This document shows positions 13,836 through 25,500 of a DNA stretch of 64,000 bases, one piece after another. Location of the stretch: the NCBI GenBank assembly GCA_905178155.1, contig CAJINV010000010.1:1036678-1100677 (forward strand), given 5' to 3'. Made by a program: the position numbers and the translations under genes. The notes under the pieces were generated by a model. It saw only the letters and a list, made by a program, of their open reading frames with translations, was not told where the DNA came from and ran no database searches. The DNA is from Amoebophrya sp. A120 (Eukaryota; Protista; Dinoflagellata). Positions within the stretch are counted from its first letter, which is position 1. Each line of letters begins with the position of its first letter.

Positions 13836-16800
13836 ATGCCCCCTCCCCCACGACCCGGGGATGATGACGACGATCCGCAGTTGTCAGAGACCATGGACGG
13901 TGCGGCAAACGCATCAAATCCCTACGTCCAATACGAGGAACGTGATCACCAGCACGACAACCTCTCGGCTCCAGCCCGGAGATCCAACAGTCAAAGTCCG
14001 ATTCCCAGCATGCGGGGCAGCTGGACGGACCGGGAGTATGAAATGCAGATTTCCGAGCGCGTTCCGGGCGATCCGGTAGGACTACTGCAGCAGAACCACG
14101 ACAGGCAAAATGATGTACAAGATGACGACCGTGTCTACTCCGATGAACGCGAAGATTTTCCAAGCACGATCATACAACCCAAGAACTCGAACAGAACCCT
14201 CGCCCACGAGGCGCGCGCAAGTTCGAAGGAGGGCCGGGTGCACACCCCGAACAGCAGGAAGGCGGTGCCACGGCGAGATGCAGACTGGCTGGTCCGAAGC
14301 GACGAGGAGAGGGAGATGGAGTTTGCGGAAGCAGGACGTGGGCAGCAACCCGTGGGAACGACCGGATCACAATCCCAATCCGCCTACCACCGGGCGATCC
14401 AGAAGTCGCTGGACGACAGAGCTGGAAATAAGCAAGAACCTGTAGTGCAGCAGCAGCAGCAGCCACAGAACACTCTGAACCTCCAGATGAACAATCAAAA
14501 CAATGTCCAGAACTTCATGATCGACAGCCATTCGCAGGAGAAGTACTTCAGCAACACGCCGAAAGTCACCCGGTACGACGACGATGGCTCCGGCTCCGGT
14601 TCCGGCTCGCCGTCAGAAGAGGGGTTTCCCTACGCCCAGGAGAGAACGATCGAGTTTTCCGGCAGCTTTGACAACGGCAGCAGAACCAGTCCGTTCATTG
14701 ACGAGGATCTGAACGGGTGGCATCGGAGTAATAATGTTGCGGGGCCGGGGGGACGAGCGAGTTCTTCCAGAAACAGAAATCCCGACCACGATGCAGATTA
14801 CGATTACGACATGGGGTACAACAACACAAATGGCCGGCAAAATAACGTGAACAATTTCCGAACCGGGAACTACCAGTACGGTGGGGCGCAGTCGTCGACG
14901 GCAGGGACAGCGAGGAGGAATGAACAGAACTATTACCAGAGGAACGCTAACAACAGGCAGCAACAGCACCAAAGAAACCAGTTTGATGATATCATGTCTT
15001 CCTCCCAGCAGTTCATAAGCCAAATGACGAGCAGTGGGAGGGATTTCCTGCAAAGCAATTTTTTCAATACGACGGGCAGCAATCTTCAAATGAACAACCC
15101 CGGAGGCGGAGTTCATCTTGGTCGGAATTCCAACTACAGCACAGCTACAGGAGCTGCAGGCCCGTCGCCAGGGACGATGGGTCATCAACATCATTTCCAA
15201 CCTCCGAACCGAAACATGACGAACAACCTCGGGTCGCCGTTACTGGGCAGTAGAACTGGGAGCTTTGGATCCCCTATGAATAACAATTTCGGCACGAATT
15301 TCCCCACCATGAACATCGACGAGGAATACAACGCCGTGACAAATGTCGACGACTTCCTGACCCACCTATCAAATGCAAATATGTCTGGGTCTGGAAAATT
15401 GTGATGCTAAAATGTGGATGATGGAAACAGTTCCGAATGCACCCTAGCATGACAACTTGCCAGAACGCTTTCTCATAGGCAATCCGCATGAGAGCCTGCG
15501 TGTTTGCATGTACAAAAGAGGCTGCGACTTTTGTTGCTTTATGCAATACAGATTTCCTAGGTCTAGGTGTGGAAAGCTAGGATTACAAGTTCAAACCTTC
15601 CAGACCCAGACATTTTTGTATTCGATACCACCTCTACCGCTACTACGAAGCCAAGGGGCTTCATGGGCGAGTGGCAGACCACCTCGGCCATTTGGTCGCG
15701 TTGGCGTTCACCATCGGGTTCAGTTTTCTCCTCGTGTTTTACGTCAACTGGCCGGCGATTTTCAGCTGCAAATCGGAGGCGACCTGCGAGAAGGTGGTAT
15801 TCTGTGCAAAAGTATCGTGCTCGTATTGCAATCATGCATGACAAATCTTTTTCTCAAGGTAAATGTAAATCCGCATTACAAATTTTATTTCTCATGCTGA
15901 GGAACTTTGTAATGCATTTAGACGAGTGCGATACTTTTGCAGTGCATAAGTGGTGTTTTTCTACGACAAACCTTTCTCCAGTTTGTCCCTGCTCGGCTAC
16001 ATCGCGCTGTTTTACTTCATGCTCGCGGGGGTGTATTTGGTGTACAACGTGTTTCAGTGTATTGAGGACTTGCGCTATCCGCAGTGAATTTTAATTTTCC
16101 CTACACGACGTACAAATGTGGCTTCCGCATGACAAACTTTTCTTTCAACCCTCTTTAGCATGGCAAGTTGCTTCTTCTATTGGTTGGTGAAATCATTTGT
16201 GATGCATTTTGTACTTTTAGTACGGGAAATTTGTATTGCATATGCGCCACGCGTTGGAAGCCTCCGCGTTCTACAAGGACAAACTCTACATCCCATCGGA
16301 CGACGTTCTGGCCTGCATGTCCTGGGCGGAGGTGGTGGAAAGGATCATTCAGGAGCAACTCCGCTGTCCCTTCGTGATCCGAGAGGAAAGGCTGACCGCG
16401 CTGCAGATAACCAACATCATCATGCGGGAGGAGAATCTGCTGATCGGGTTGGTGAACAATGAACACTTAGAGAACCACCTACCCTACTGGCTGCCGAAAC
16501 GAATTTTCTACAGCAAATCCGTGCTGTTCGCCTTCCGGAACATCATCTACAAGAGCTTTTTCGACCACAAATCGAAAGTGGATTTCGGTTCCTTGAAGCC
16601 CGAGATCCTGTGCAACCACTTTCGCCTCGTCGGACTCTTCGCATTGATCGGGTTAGGCCCGATCTGTGTCTTCGTTATCGTAAGGAAAGATCCTCCCTCC
16701 CCATATCGAAAGTAAATTTGTGATGCTGATTTGTGACCACAAATCGACTTGTATTGCTAGAAGGGCAACAAGAGACGCAGCTGCTCCCTCGTTTGCAGGC

Positions 16801-19800
16801 AATTTGTCACGCTGTGTCCCGTTTCCAGTTGCTTCCTGTCATGCTGAAGACGCAAGGCTTTCTCACGCCAGCCAGAGCTACACTCTGGCTATGGGGAGGG
16901 GTCGTGATTTTTCCGCTTGATATTCGTGTTTCTGTACTTCTTCATGCGGCACTGCGAGGACTTCCGGTCACATAGGAATTCCCCTATCAAAAGGAAAAAT
17001 GCCTCTCCCCATATCGGAAACGAAATTTGTGATGCTGTATTTGAGTACACAAGTCGACTTGTGTTGCTAGAAGGCCAAGAGACGCAGCTGCGGCTTGAAT
17101 TGCAGGCAATTTGTCATGCTGTTCCCCAGTTCCAGCTGCCTCCTGTTATGCTGGAGATGCAAAGGTTTATTCCCACGCTAGCCAGCACTACAGTCGCAGT
17201 CCGCATCTTTTGCCTTCTAGCGTTACAAAGCTGATTTGTGGCCACAAATCTGCATCACAGATTTCCGTTTTGATATGGGGAAGGGGCGTTTTTCATTGTA
17301 ATATCCCCGTTGGAACGCCAGTGGACGGGGTACGCGGAGTGGTTTTTGCGGGAGTACAACGAATTGCCGCATGCCTTTAAGCAGCGACTGGAGAAGTCGA
17401 AGTTTTTCGCGAACGACATTGTGGACAAACAGGAAATCGTGTCGAACACGCCTTTGACCGACGGGATCAGGAAGTGCGTAAAATACGTCTCGGGCTCTTT
17501 GCTCGCGATTCTAGTCGTCATCGCCTGCTTCGACGACGCGCCTTTGCTGTTTTTGAAAATTTGGGACAAAAACCTCCTGTGGTACCTCGCCGTCCTCGGG
17601 TTCATCGTCACCCTGTCCGACACAAACTCTTCGGGCTCGGGGTCCGGCCCGTTTGGCGGGGGCGGCAAGAAGAAGCGGTTCGCTCTATCACATATTAAAA
17701 CGCTCCCACCCCATAGTGAAGTTGGGAACTTAGCAACACAAATCCAGAAGTCTTAGAAGCCACGCATGACAGGTTGCAGTCCGCAGTGTATTGCATGTTA
17801 GCAAGGACACCTGCATCAGAAATCCATTTGCTTGTCCTGTTTGCAGCATTAGAAATTCCAAAACACGACTGAGAGTGCCTCCCTACTTGGGGATGCGTTT
17901 AAACAAGTGTTCCTGTAGTCGCAAATCTGCATGAGAACTCTGGGGTGGGGACGTTTTTACACAGGATACGCCTCCGGGTCTCCGTACGAGGGGCACAGTG
18001 GCGCGACCTTGTACATGGAGAAGGTGATTTTAGACTTCGCGAAGTGCACCCACTACATCCCGGTCGCGTGGACCAAGGTGTTTGGCGGAATGAACGACTT
18101 CAACCCAAACAGGCGGTTGGTCCAGCTGCACCAGAGACTCTCGCTGCAGGAAAAATATCGGGTGGTGGAGGCGTTCGGTACTAACTACTTATTGGAAAAT
18201 GATTTTTTGCATTTTTGTATTAAAGTTGTCCACAGGAAATACAAATACAGCAAGGTTGAAAGTAACAAAAAAATGAACTTTTTGCCCGATTACCAGTGTT
18301 TAGCAAGTTTATTCTGGCAACCCGGGTTGGTTGTTATGCTGTGTGAATAATCGCGCGGTAGCATAATTGGGAATGCGCCTGGTCGAACCTGTGCTGCACT
18401 TGCAGCTTCGCAGCGTTGCTAGCAGCAGCGAACATTTCCTGTGCTCAGCACGTGGAAAACAGGTTGCCGCGTGTGGTCGTTACTTGGTCAAAGGTTCATA
18501 GGAAGCGACTGGAACAGCCTTCCTATGCTGTTCCGGAAGTGGGGCTAGAGGCTCTGTGCACCGACGCCGACGACTAGGAGACCCGGGTTCGAGTCCCGGA
18601 ACGCGCATCTTTTTTTGGGAGACAGAGTACTTGATTCCGAAAGCACCCTTGTACTCGTTCACCTCGTGCTTGTTCTGAACCTAGGCACAAAAACACCTTC
18701 AATTTGAAGACGCAAGAGAAACCTTTTTGCCCGAATGCAAGTATTTAGCAAGGGTATTCTGGTGACCATGGGCAACGGTTTTTCTTTGTAAGCAATCGCG
18801 CGGTAGCATAACTGGAAATGCGCCTGGTCGAGCCTGAATGAACTGAGGAAGGTCAAGGTCTGCGTACGTAGCATGGACTGAGACCTTCAGGTTCGCTCCA
18901 GTCGTCGGTCGACCGGGCGGCACCGCTGTCGTCCCGAAGCAGTGCAACGGACCGGCGGACGCGCCTGGTCTCGATGATAGGGGTTGCTCGCATAGACGCT
19001 CGTCTCGGGGGCTACGTCAGGTGCGAGAACAGGTCAAAGACTGGACGGAGGCCAAGGGGAATCGGCCGTGGCTTGGTCCAGTCCTGCCCGTCGACGGCAG
19101 ACTAGGAGACCCGGGTTCGAATCCCGGAACGCGCGCTTTTTCGGTTTTTTTTTTCTCCTCTCGCGTAGCCTGTCACCACTGCCGTTCGTCTGACCCATTT
19201 ATTAGTTACCTGTGCGGCTAGCTTCGGGTTATTTTGGTCCGCCTGCCGAAAAAAATATAAAATTAAAATGACACTATCCGCACTGGGCAACGACGAGGAT
19301 AAATTTTTTTTTCCCCGAGTCGTTGCATTTAGCAGAGGTATTCTGACGACCCAAGCATTCTGCTGTTCCACTGGAATAACTGCGCGGTAGCATAACCGGC
19401 AATGCGCCTGGTCGAGCCTGGCGTGCAGGTGCGTTTCCACTCACTGGAGACGGCGGCGGGCGTTCGGGTGACTCAGGAAGCCCGTGCGCACTCAACTGCC
19501 GCTCGTGGTTGAAAAACTCTCACCGCGTCGCCTGCCCGAAGTGCGAGTCGCGACTCACTTCGGTCTCTCGGGGAGGTCATCCGCGAGGATCCCCGAGGAC
19601 AGGTTCCAGACTGGCGGCTGACCGGGCCAACAGTCCACTCGACTAGGAGACTCGGGTTCGAATCCCGGAACGCGCATTTTTGTGTTGCGCGGGAGGATCG
19701 TTTGCGCAAATGGTTTTTCGTGCTGGATCACTACAACTCTTGAACCATGACAATCCTAGGTGTCGCCATTTCTTGCGTCCTCGGGAAGCATTAATGAGGT

Positions 19801-22090
19801 ATGTATGAGTCCCAAAAGCAAATGCAAACCTTCAAAACAGCCCGCTCCCGGGATGAATTACAGAAGAACTTTTTCGTCCCAAGGATCCAGCAGCTCATCG
19901 AAGAGATCTTCGGACTGTGCGTGACGCCAATTCTCCTGCTCGTCTACCTCCCGGCCGCGAGCATCGACATCTGCAATTTTGTCCGGAACACGGTGTATCA
20001 GAGTGAAAATCTCGGCGACTGGTGCAGCCTTGCGACCTTCGAGTTAGACCAAACCGACCCAAGATTGTCCCGGTTTGGCAAAATAGAAAAATCGGCGCTG
20101 AGCTTCGCTCTCATGTAAGTACAAGTTGTTGTCCCTATGGCTATGGCGGGTTGGATCATAGTGCGCATTTGCGATGAGACTGTGCTCCTTAGTAAATGTT
20201 ACGCACACAACGTCGCGTGATTTTTCCGCATGATCCGCTGCGCAATATGTAAAATGAAATTATCGAAAAACAGGTACCGCAACGCTCCTTCCGATTCGCT
20301 TCAAGAGCAAACCAACGCTTTGGTCCAGCAGCGCATCCCCTCTGGAGAGTTCAACCAATCTTCCCAAACCGAAACGAGGCCGACAGAATATGGCGTTCTC
20401 AAACGCTACATTCTCAACTGTTACATGAATTTGTGATGCAAGAATGGCAACAGGGAAAGGCCGGATCTTGCAAGTCTTGCATTACAAACTTGGCACAGAT
20501 TCCCATGCTGTTTGGCCCTTCCAAAATTTGTCATGCGAGGCAGCTTCATTGTGTGGACGTTGGTGCTCATTTTGCATGAGCAGTTGAGAGTGTAACAAAT
20601 CATGTAGCAGCTGAGAATGTAGTAACATTTGAGAACGCCATACAGAAGTGATGGAGATGAGTTTGATGGTGAACGCAAACACGGACACGGAAGTGGAACT
20701 GACCGAAGCTGATCCGAGCAATCCGGACCGAAAAATTCTGAACGCGACCAGTAGCAAACGGCCGATAGTAGATCATGATGCAGGGAATAATTTATCAACC
20801 GCAAATATGTCTGGGTCTGGGAGACTGCGATTTTTGTATATCCTAGTCTGGCATAGGCATGGCTCTGAGCTCTGATGTATTGCGAGGCCGCGAAGAGCTT
20901 CTCTTGCCTGCCATGCAAAAACGCAGTTTCTCATGCGGAGTACGAAACTCAGTCTCAGAACCACGGAAAAATTTGTCATGCTTAGCCGCGCATTGCAGTG
21001 TGCTCACTATTCCGTTCCGTGCAGATCACAAGTTTATTCCAGACCCAGACATATGTCCGATGCATACACTTTGGATTCCGAAGTGGAGACCAACTACACT
21101 GCGAAAGCCGCGGACCCCGTCTGGGGCTACCCGATGGCGGTTTTGCGGTTGTGCTACGATATCGAGCAGCTGGCGAAAGAGAGTTTTGAGGACTACAACT
21201 ACCTCCCCACGAGCTTAACGGAGTTGAAGGACCAATTCGTCGAGAAGCACGCCGATGGGACCTTTTCCATGCTGCCGGTCTCCCAGTTTTTGGATTTCGA
21301 TAACCCGGTTTGGTTTGACACCACGCACTACTTCTGGTTGGAAGTTTTGCTGAAAAACCGGGAAAGTTCCAGAAGGAACCGGGTCCGGACGATAAGTAGA
21401 GAGCCGTATGGCAATGGTGGACTATCAAATGCAAAAGTGTCTGGGACTGGAAGATTCTGACACTTGTCATGCACGTTTTGCATGAGCCCTGATGTCTGTG
21501 ATGCATGCCCTAGCATCACAGATTTTTTGAGAGCTTCTTGATGCCTCTTCCGCATTACAAATGCCCTCTCCGCGTAGCAAAAATTACATTCCCTTTGGTA
21601 CTCATGCAATACAGATTTTTCTGGAATCCAAATGCAGCATCACAAGTTGCATTCTTCCAGACCTAGACATTTTTACATTTGATATGGACCAATGGGGATG
21701 AACAATAGTGGCGGTGACACGGCGGGTGACGGGGGGGAAGGCGAAAATATTGATAACCAGGAACAACATCATGATCATCAAACCCAGTATAATAGAAATC
21801 CGCAGTACAACGGCGCTTCTGATGGTGATGATCTTCAGGATCGCGAGATGCGGGAGATCTACTCGGCACGGGAACGAACCGTGTCCAATCAAAACTACAA
21901 CCCTGCAAATTCCCGCATGCAGAGTCGCGGAGGCGTCAGCAGCAATAACGCGGATAACTACGTGTACCGGTACACTTCGTCTGCGACCTACCACGCACCG
22001 TCTTTGGGGGAAACGACCAACGAGGTCGGGGAGACGGTGTTGCCGCGGTTCCGGGACACGTTGCGGGCGGCGTTTGGGATTAGGGGATAG
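13836..22090 (+). CDS. ATG9: Autophagy-related protein 9 with a long low-complexity N-terminus, multi-exon
   Basis: After removing elements: NVDDFLTHLYRYYEAKG, SWAEVVERII, LTALQITNIIMREENLLIGL, RQWTGYAEWFLREYNELPHAFKQRL, IEEIFGLCVTP, LGDWCSLATF, GKIEKS. Confidence 0.9.
15367..15627. mobile_element. Introner family A
   Basis: DR CCACC. Confidence 0.9.
15798..15948. mobile_element. Introner family B
   Basis: DR GGTGG/AGTGG. Confidence 0.85.
16076..16242. mobile_element. Introner, divergent
   Basis: TAT...ATA, DR TGCGC. Confidence 0.8.
16676..16922. mobile_element. Introner family F (TIR core GGAAAAAT..CCCTCCCCATA)
   Basis: DR TTCGT. Confidence 0.85.
16985..17303. mobile_element. Introner family F
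   Basis: DR TCCCC. Confidence 0.85.
17686..17968. mobile_element. Introner family C (TIR core TAAAAACGTMCCCAC)
   Basis: DR CGCTC/CGCCT. Confidence 0.8.
18279..18322 (+). promoter_or_regulatory. USE (inside ATG9 intron)
   Basis: TTTTTGCCCGATTACCAGTGTTTAGCAAGTTTATTCTGGCAACC. Confidence 0.8.
18352..18613 (+). ncRNA. tRNA-framed ncRNA, family 2, copy 1 (~190-nt insert in the anticodon arm)
   Basis: 5' GCGCGG-TA-GCAT-AATTGGGA-ATGC-G-CCTGGTC ... 3' GACTAGG-AGAC-CCGGG-TTCGAGT-CCCGG-AACGCGCA; USE upstream, T7 downstream. Confidence 0.85.
18724..18767 (+). promoter_or_regulatory. USE (inside ATG9 intron)
   Basis: TTTTTGCCCGAATGCAAGTATTTAGCAAGGGTATTCTGGTGACC. Confidence 0.85.
18797..19141 (+). ncRNA. 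tRNA-framed ncRNA, family 2, copy 2 (~270-nt insert)
   Basis: Same tRNA-like ends; insert helices GAGCCTG/CAGGTTC and GACTGGAC/GTCCAGTC; T5 end. Confidence 0.85.
19305..19351 (+). promoter_or_regulatory. USE (inside ATG9 intron)
   Basis: T-run then CCCCGAGTCGTTGCATTTAGCAGAGGTATTCTGACGACC. Confidence 0.8.
19381..19681 (+). ncRNA. tRNA-framed ncRNA, family 2, copy 3 (~230-nt insert)
   Basis: Same tRNA-like ends; GAGCCTG...CAGGTTC and GACTG...CAGTC; T5 end. Confidence 0.85.
20389..20642. mobile_element. Introner family H (TIR TATGGCGTTCTCAA)
   Basis: DR CAGAA. Confidence 0.9.
20793..21066. mobile_element. Introner family A
   Basis: TIRs; DR TAATT/CACTT. Confidence 0.8.
21423..21684. mobile_element. 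Introner family A
   Basis: DR TGGAC. Confidence 0.9.
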
Positions 22091-22567
22091 GAGTAGTTTC
22101 TTGAAATCCTTTTGCTGCACGTATGGATTTGTTCAAGTTCAGTGCAGTAAAAGTTTTCATTTGCTGGACACGCCGTTCTAGTAGTACTTAGAAGGGCAAG
22201 ACCCGTCAGACACTTTTCTCAAGAATTCAGCAACAGACAGTACGAGGAATCTCATGTACCTGCCAAGGAACAAGTACAAGAATTATGATCAGAAACTGCA
22301 GCAGGAGGGGAGATAGGATTTTGGTTTTCGGTCAACGAAGGAGCAATTTCGTCAGATCTGGTAGAAAGAGTTTTTCAAAAGAAAAGAAGACTGCAGCCGT
22401 GGTGCTGTTTCGAGAAGTAGAGTGTGCGGTTTGGCACAATGGCTCGTGTTCCAGATGAACTTTTTTTGTTTTAGCTGCGCCGCGCTTTGTTCCCAAAAAA
22501 ACAAAAATCGAACAAGAAGTCGTGGACAAGAGATTTGTGGCATCGTCAGTTCCTCCTAGTAGCCAAA

Positions 22568-25500
22568 ATGGATCCGATCGTCCCTGCCAGTCCGTCCAAC
22601 CGCGTCATCTCTCCTCAGCACCCGCCGGCGGCACATCAAACTGCGCCCGGAGTCACAGCACCAACAAACCGCCCCCGGCCGTCTGTCTCCAGACCCGGGA
22701 GATCCTTGACTGTGATAAGTTCTCCGACGCAAGACCGCAGTGCTGTTGGACCACAGCAGGTCGTGCCAGGAGCAGGAGGAGGATTGTTTGGAGGTCCTCC
22801 GCAGCAACAGACTAATAGTAATATTAACACGGCTTTAATCAGTCCGAATCCAAATGCTGTTGTCCAAGTTGTTTCCCCGACAAATTCCTCCTACACCAGA
22901 TCGCCGACGAACAACATACGGCAAAATAGTATCACATCGTCTCATATGAACTGCAAAAGTATCGTACTCGTATAAATGCATTACAAATTTCCTCAGCGTG
23001 AGAAATAAAATTTGTAATGCTGATTTGCCTTGACAAAGAAATTTGTAATGCAAGACCTGCATTTATACGAGTGCGATACTTTTGCACAGCATATCTCAAC
23101 ATTCACCGTCGGTTTCGTCCTACCAAACATCCGTGTGGAACCCGGGCAACAGCCCCTCGTCGCACTTTACCAACACAAATTTTAGTTCCACGACCGGGCA
23201 GAACAATCATAGTTTCCTAACCCACAACGCACTTCTCACAAGCGGACAACATCATTCCAGTGGGAGCCACAACAAAGGCCATGGAAATGCCTCCAACGCA
23301 GCAGAATATGATGACGACGGTGCGAGCTCTTCTGCGGCCAATTCTTCGACCTACTCTGTCAGCTCCGTCGGGTCTCCGTTTTCCACTTCCAGGCAATCCT
23401 CTACCACTCCCGGGGGGGGCACCAGTTCCCGGTCCAGCTCCTTCGAGAATCAGTTCGACGCGACTTCCGGGACACTGAACGTCAGCAGTGGGGGGCACCA
23501 CCACCATCACGGTCAGAGGAATTTGTCGGACCCGAACCGGAAACCGCGAAAAAGGTCTTCCCGGTCGTTGCACATCGGGTTCGAAGACACGAATTCCGGG
23601 AAGTGCTCCATTGACATCGAATGTGAGCTATCAAATGCAAAAATGTCTGGGTCTGGAAGGATGCAAGGTTTGTCATGCACATTTTGCATGATTCCTGACG
23701 TCTGTGATGCATGCTCTAGCATCAGTGATTTTGCGAGGGCTTCCTGATGCCTATACCGCATCAGAAATGCCCTCTCGCCAAGGCAAAAACTGGACCTCTT
23801 TTGCTGTTCATGCAATACAGATTTTTGTAGCATGCAAATGCAGCATCACAAGTTACATCCTTCCAGACCCAGACATATTTGCAATGCATACGAGCACGAC
23901 CGGCGGGCGGCGCAGTCGGGCGTGTGGGTGATGAAGGACTTCGCCGAGCTGTTCCAGCACGGGAGAAGCTACAACTACAACCTCGCGAGTGGTTCATCTG
24001 GAGGTGGTCCACTGCAGCAGCAGCAGCCTCTGGCAATCGATCTGAAAGTTGTCGACACAAGGTCCGCGAGTAGCAGAAGTTCGAGTACGAGCTGCTACAA
24101 TAACCAAACGTATCACGGAACAAGTCTGCAACCACAGCACGCGGCGCATGGGGGATCGGTCAGCAGCGGGTCGGGCGTGGTACAGATTTTGTTCGCGTAG
24201 TTATGGTGGTCGTGGTCCTGCTCGGAGGTGGTGGTTTTGCATGAGATCCTGCTTATACGACATTCGAGACTTCCTTTCTTGCTTTCTGCAAGAACGCAAA
24301 GATGATCAATCAATGGTTCTTCGCTAGGTCCAGCCCACTTCCCCCAACCGTCCCTCCTCCGCCTCGCCCCGCGTCGGCAAACAGCAACAACAGCAGAACC
24401 AAAACTACACTGCAGGACCACAAACAGCACAAAATGACAACCCCAACAAGATCAACCCCCCCGCCGCCCAAAACCGGATTCTGCAATGTCTGAAGCTCTA
24501 TGGTTTCGAAAAACCGACGAAACTGCAGGCCCACACCATCCCCGCAGTTTTCAACGTGGTGTCCACCGGCAGCGGGTTGACAGCTGCCACAACAGCCTCT
24601 CACAGCAGTAGCAGCAGCAATCGCGAGCAGGGGAAGTCCTGTGTGGTGATCCAGGGGCCACCGAAATCCGGCAAAACCTCCGCCTTAGCGCTCGCGGTCG
24701 CCGCGGGGGTCAATCCGCTGATTAAACACTGTCAGGCGCTGGTGTTGTGCATGAGCGAGCGGAGGGATTTCGAGAAGTTTTTCAACGTGTTTACCATGCT
24801 GCATCCGGTCAAGTTGTGCTCTTTGTACGACGACAAGAATAGTAGTTCGGGCACAGGTATCAACTGCAAAAATGTCTGGGTCTGGAAGATTGCCAGGTTT
24901 GTCATGCAGGTTTTCTATGGCCCATAAGGTTTAGAATGCAACACCTAGCATGACAAATTCTTTGAGACCTCTATCATGCCCGTTCTGCATGCGAAATTCC
25001 CTCTCAATTTCGTAAAAAAGGACCGCTATTGGTAATCACGCAACACAGATTTTCTGCATGGTGTTGATGCAGATTTAGCATGACAAGTTCCAGACCCAGA
25101 CATTTTTGCAATTCATAACGGGCACTGCGGCGGGCATTGGTGTAGTTGGTGGAGTCGGTGCTGGTACCACCACTACGGGAGGACATCTTGGAGTTATTGG
25201 TGCTCAACATCCGATGGAGGCGTGGAGTGGACTGGGAGTTGGCAATCAGGGACCAGGTGGCCCGATGGATATTGACGAGACGGGGTCTGTTGCGAGTGGG
25301 CCGCACAGACCGAATTTCAACCGTACAAACTGAGAGGTTTTCTTACGAATACTGAAATGCGAAAATTTACGTGCTGACTATGATTTTTCTCCAAATCTAC
25401 ATTCTGCCTCTTCCAAACAAAAACAAAGGTACTCACCTTCCGGAAAACCACCACCCCGCCACCTTCTCCCCTTCTTCCGACCACATCGGCGCACAGGTGA

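Noticed and set aside
18436-19612. 7-8-nt matches between family-2 inserts and introner ends (TCCTGTGC, GTTCATA, ACTCAGGA, TTCCAGAC) as guide sequences
   Set aside because: Too short given ~700 nt of insert and many TIR variants, and not at equivalent positions. Not counted as evidence without statistics.
18352-19681. Ordinary intron-containing tRNA genes or tRNA pseudogenes
   Set aside because: No U33 or valid anticodon loop after any canonical splice, and inserts are far longer than typical eukaryotic tRNA introns. The same acceptor-stem irregularity and frame are conserved in all three copies while the inserts diverge, which argues for function rather than decay.
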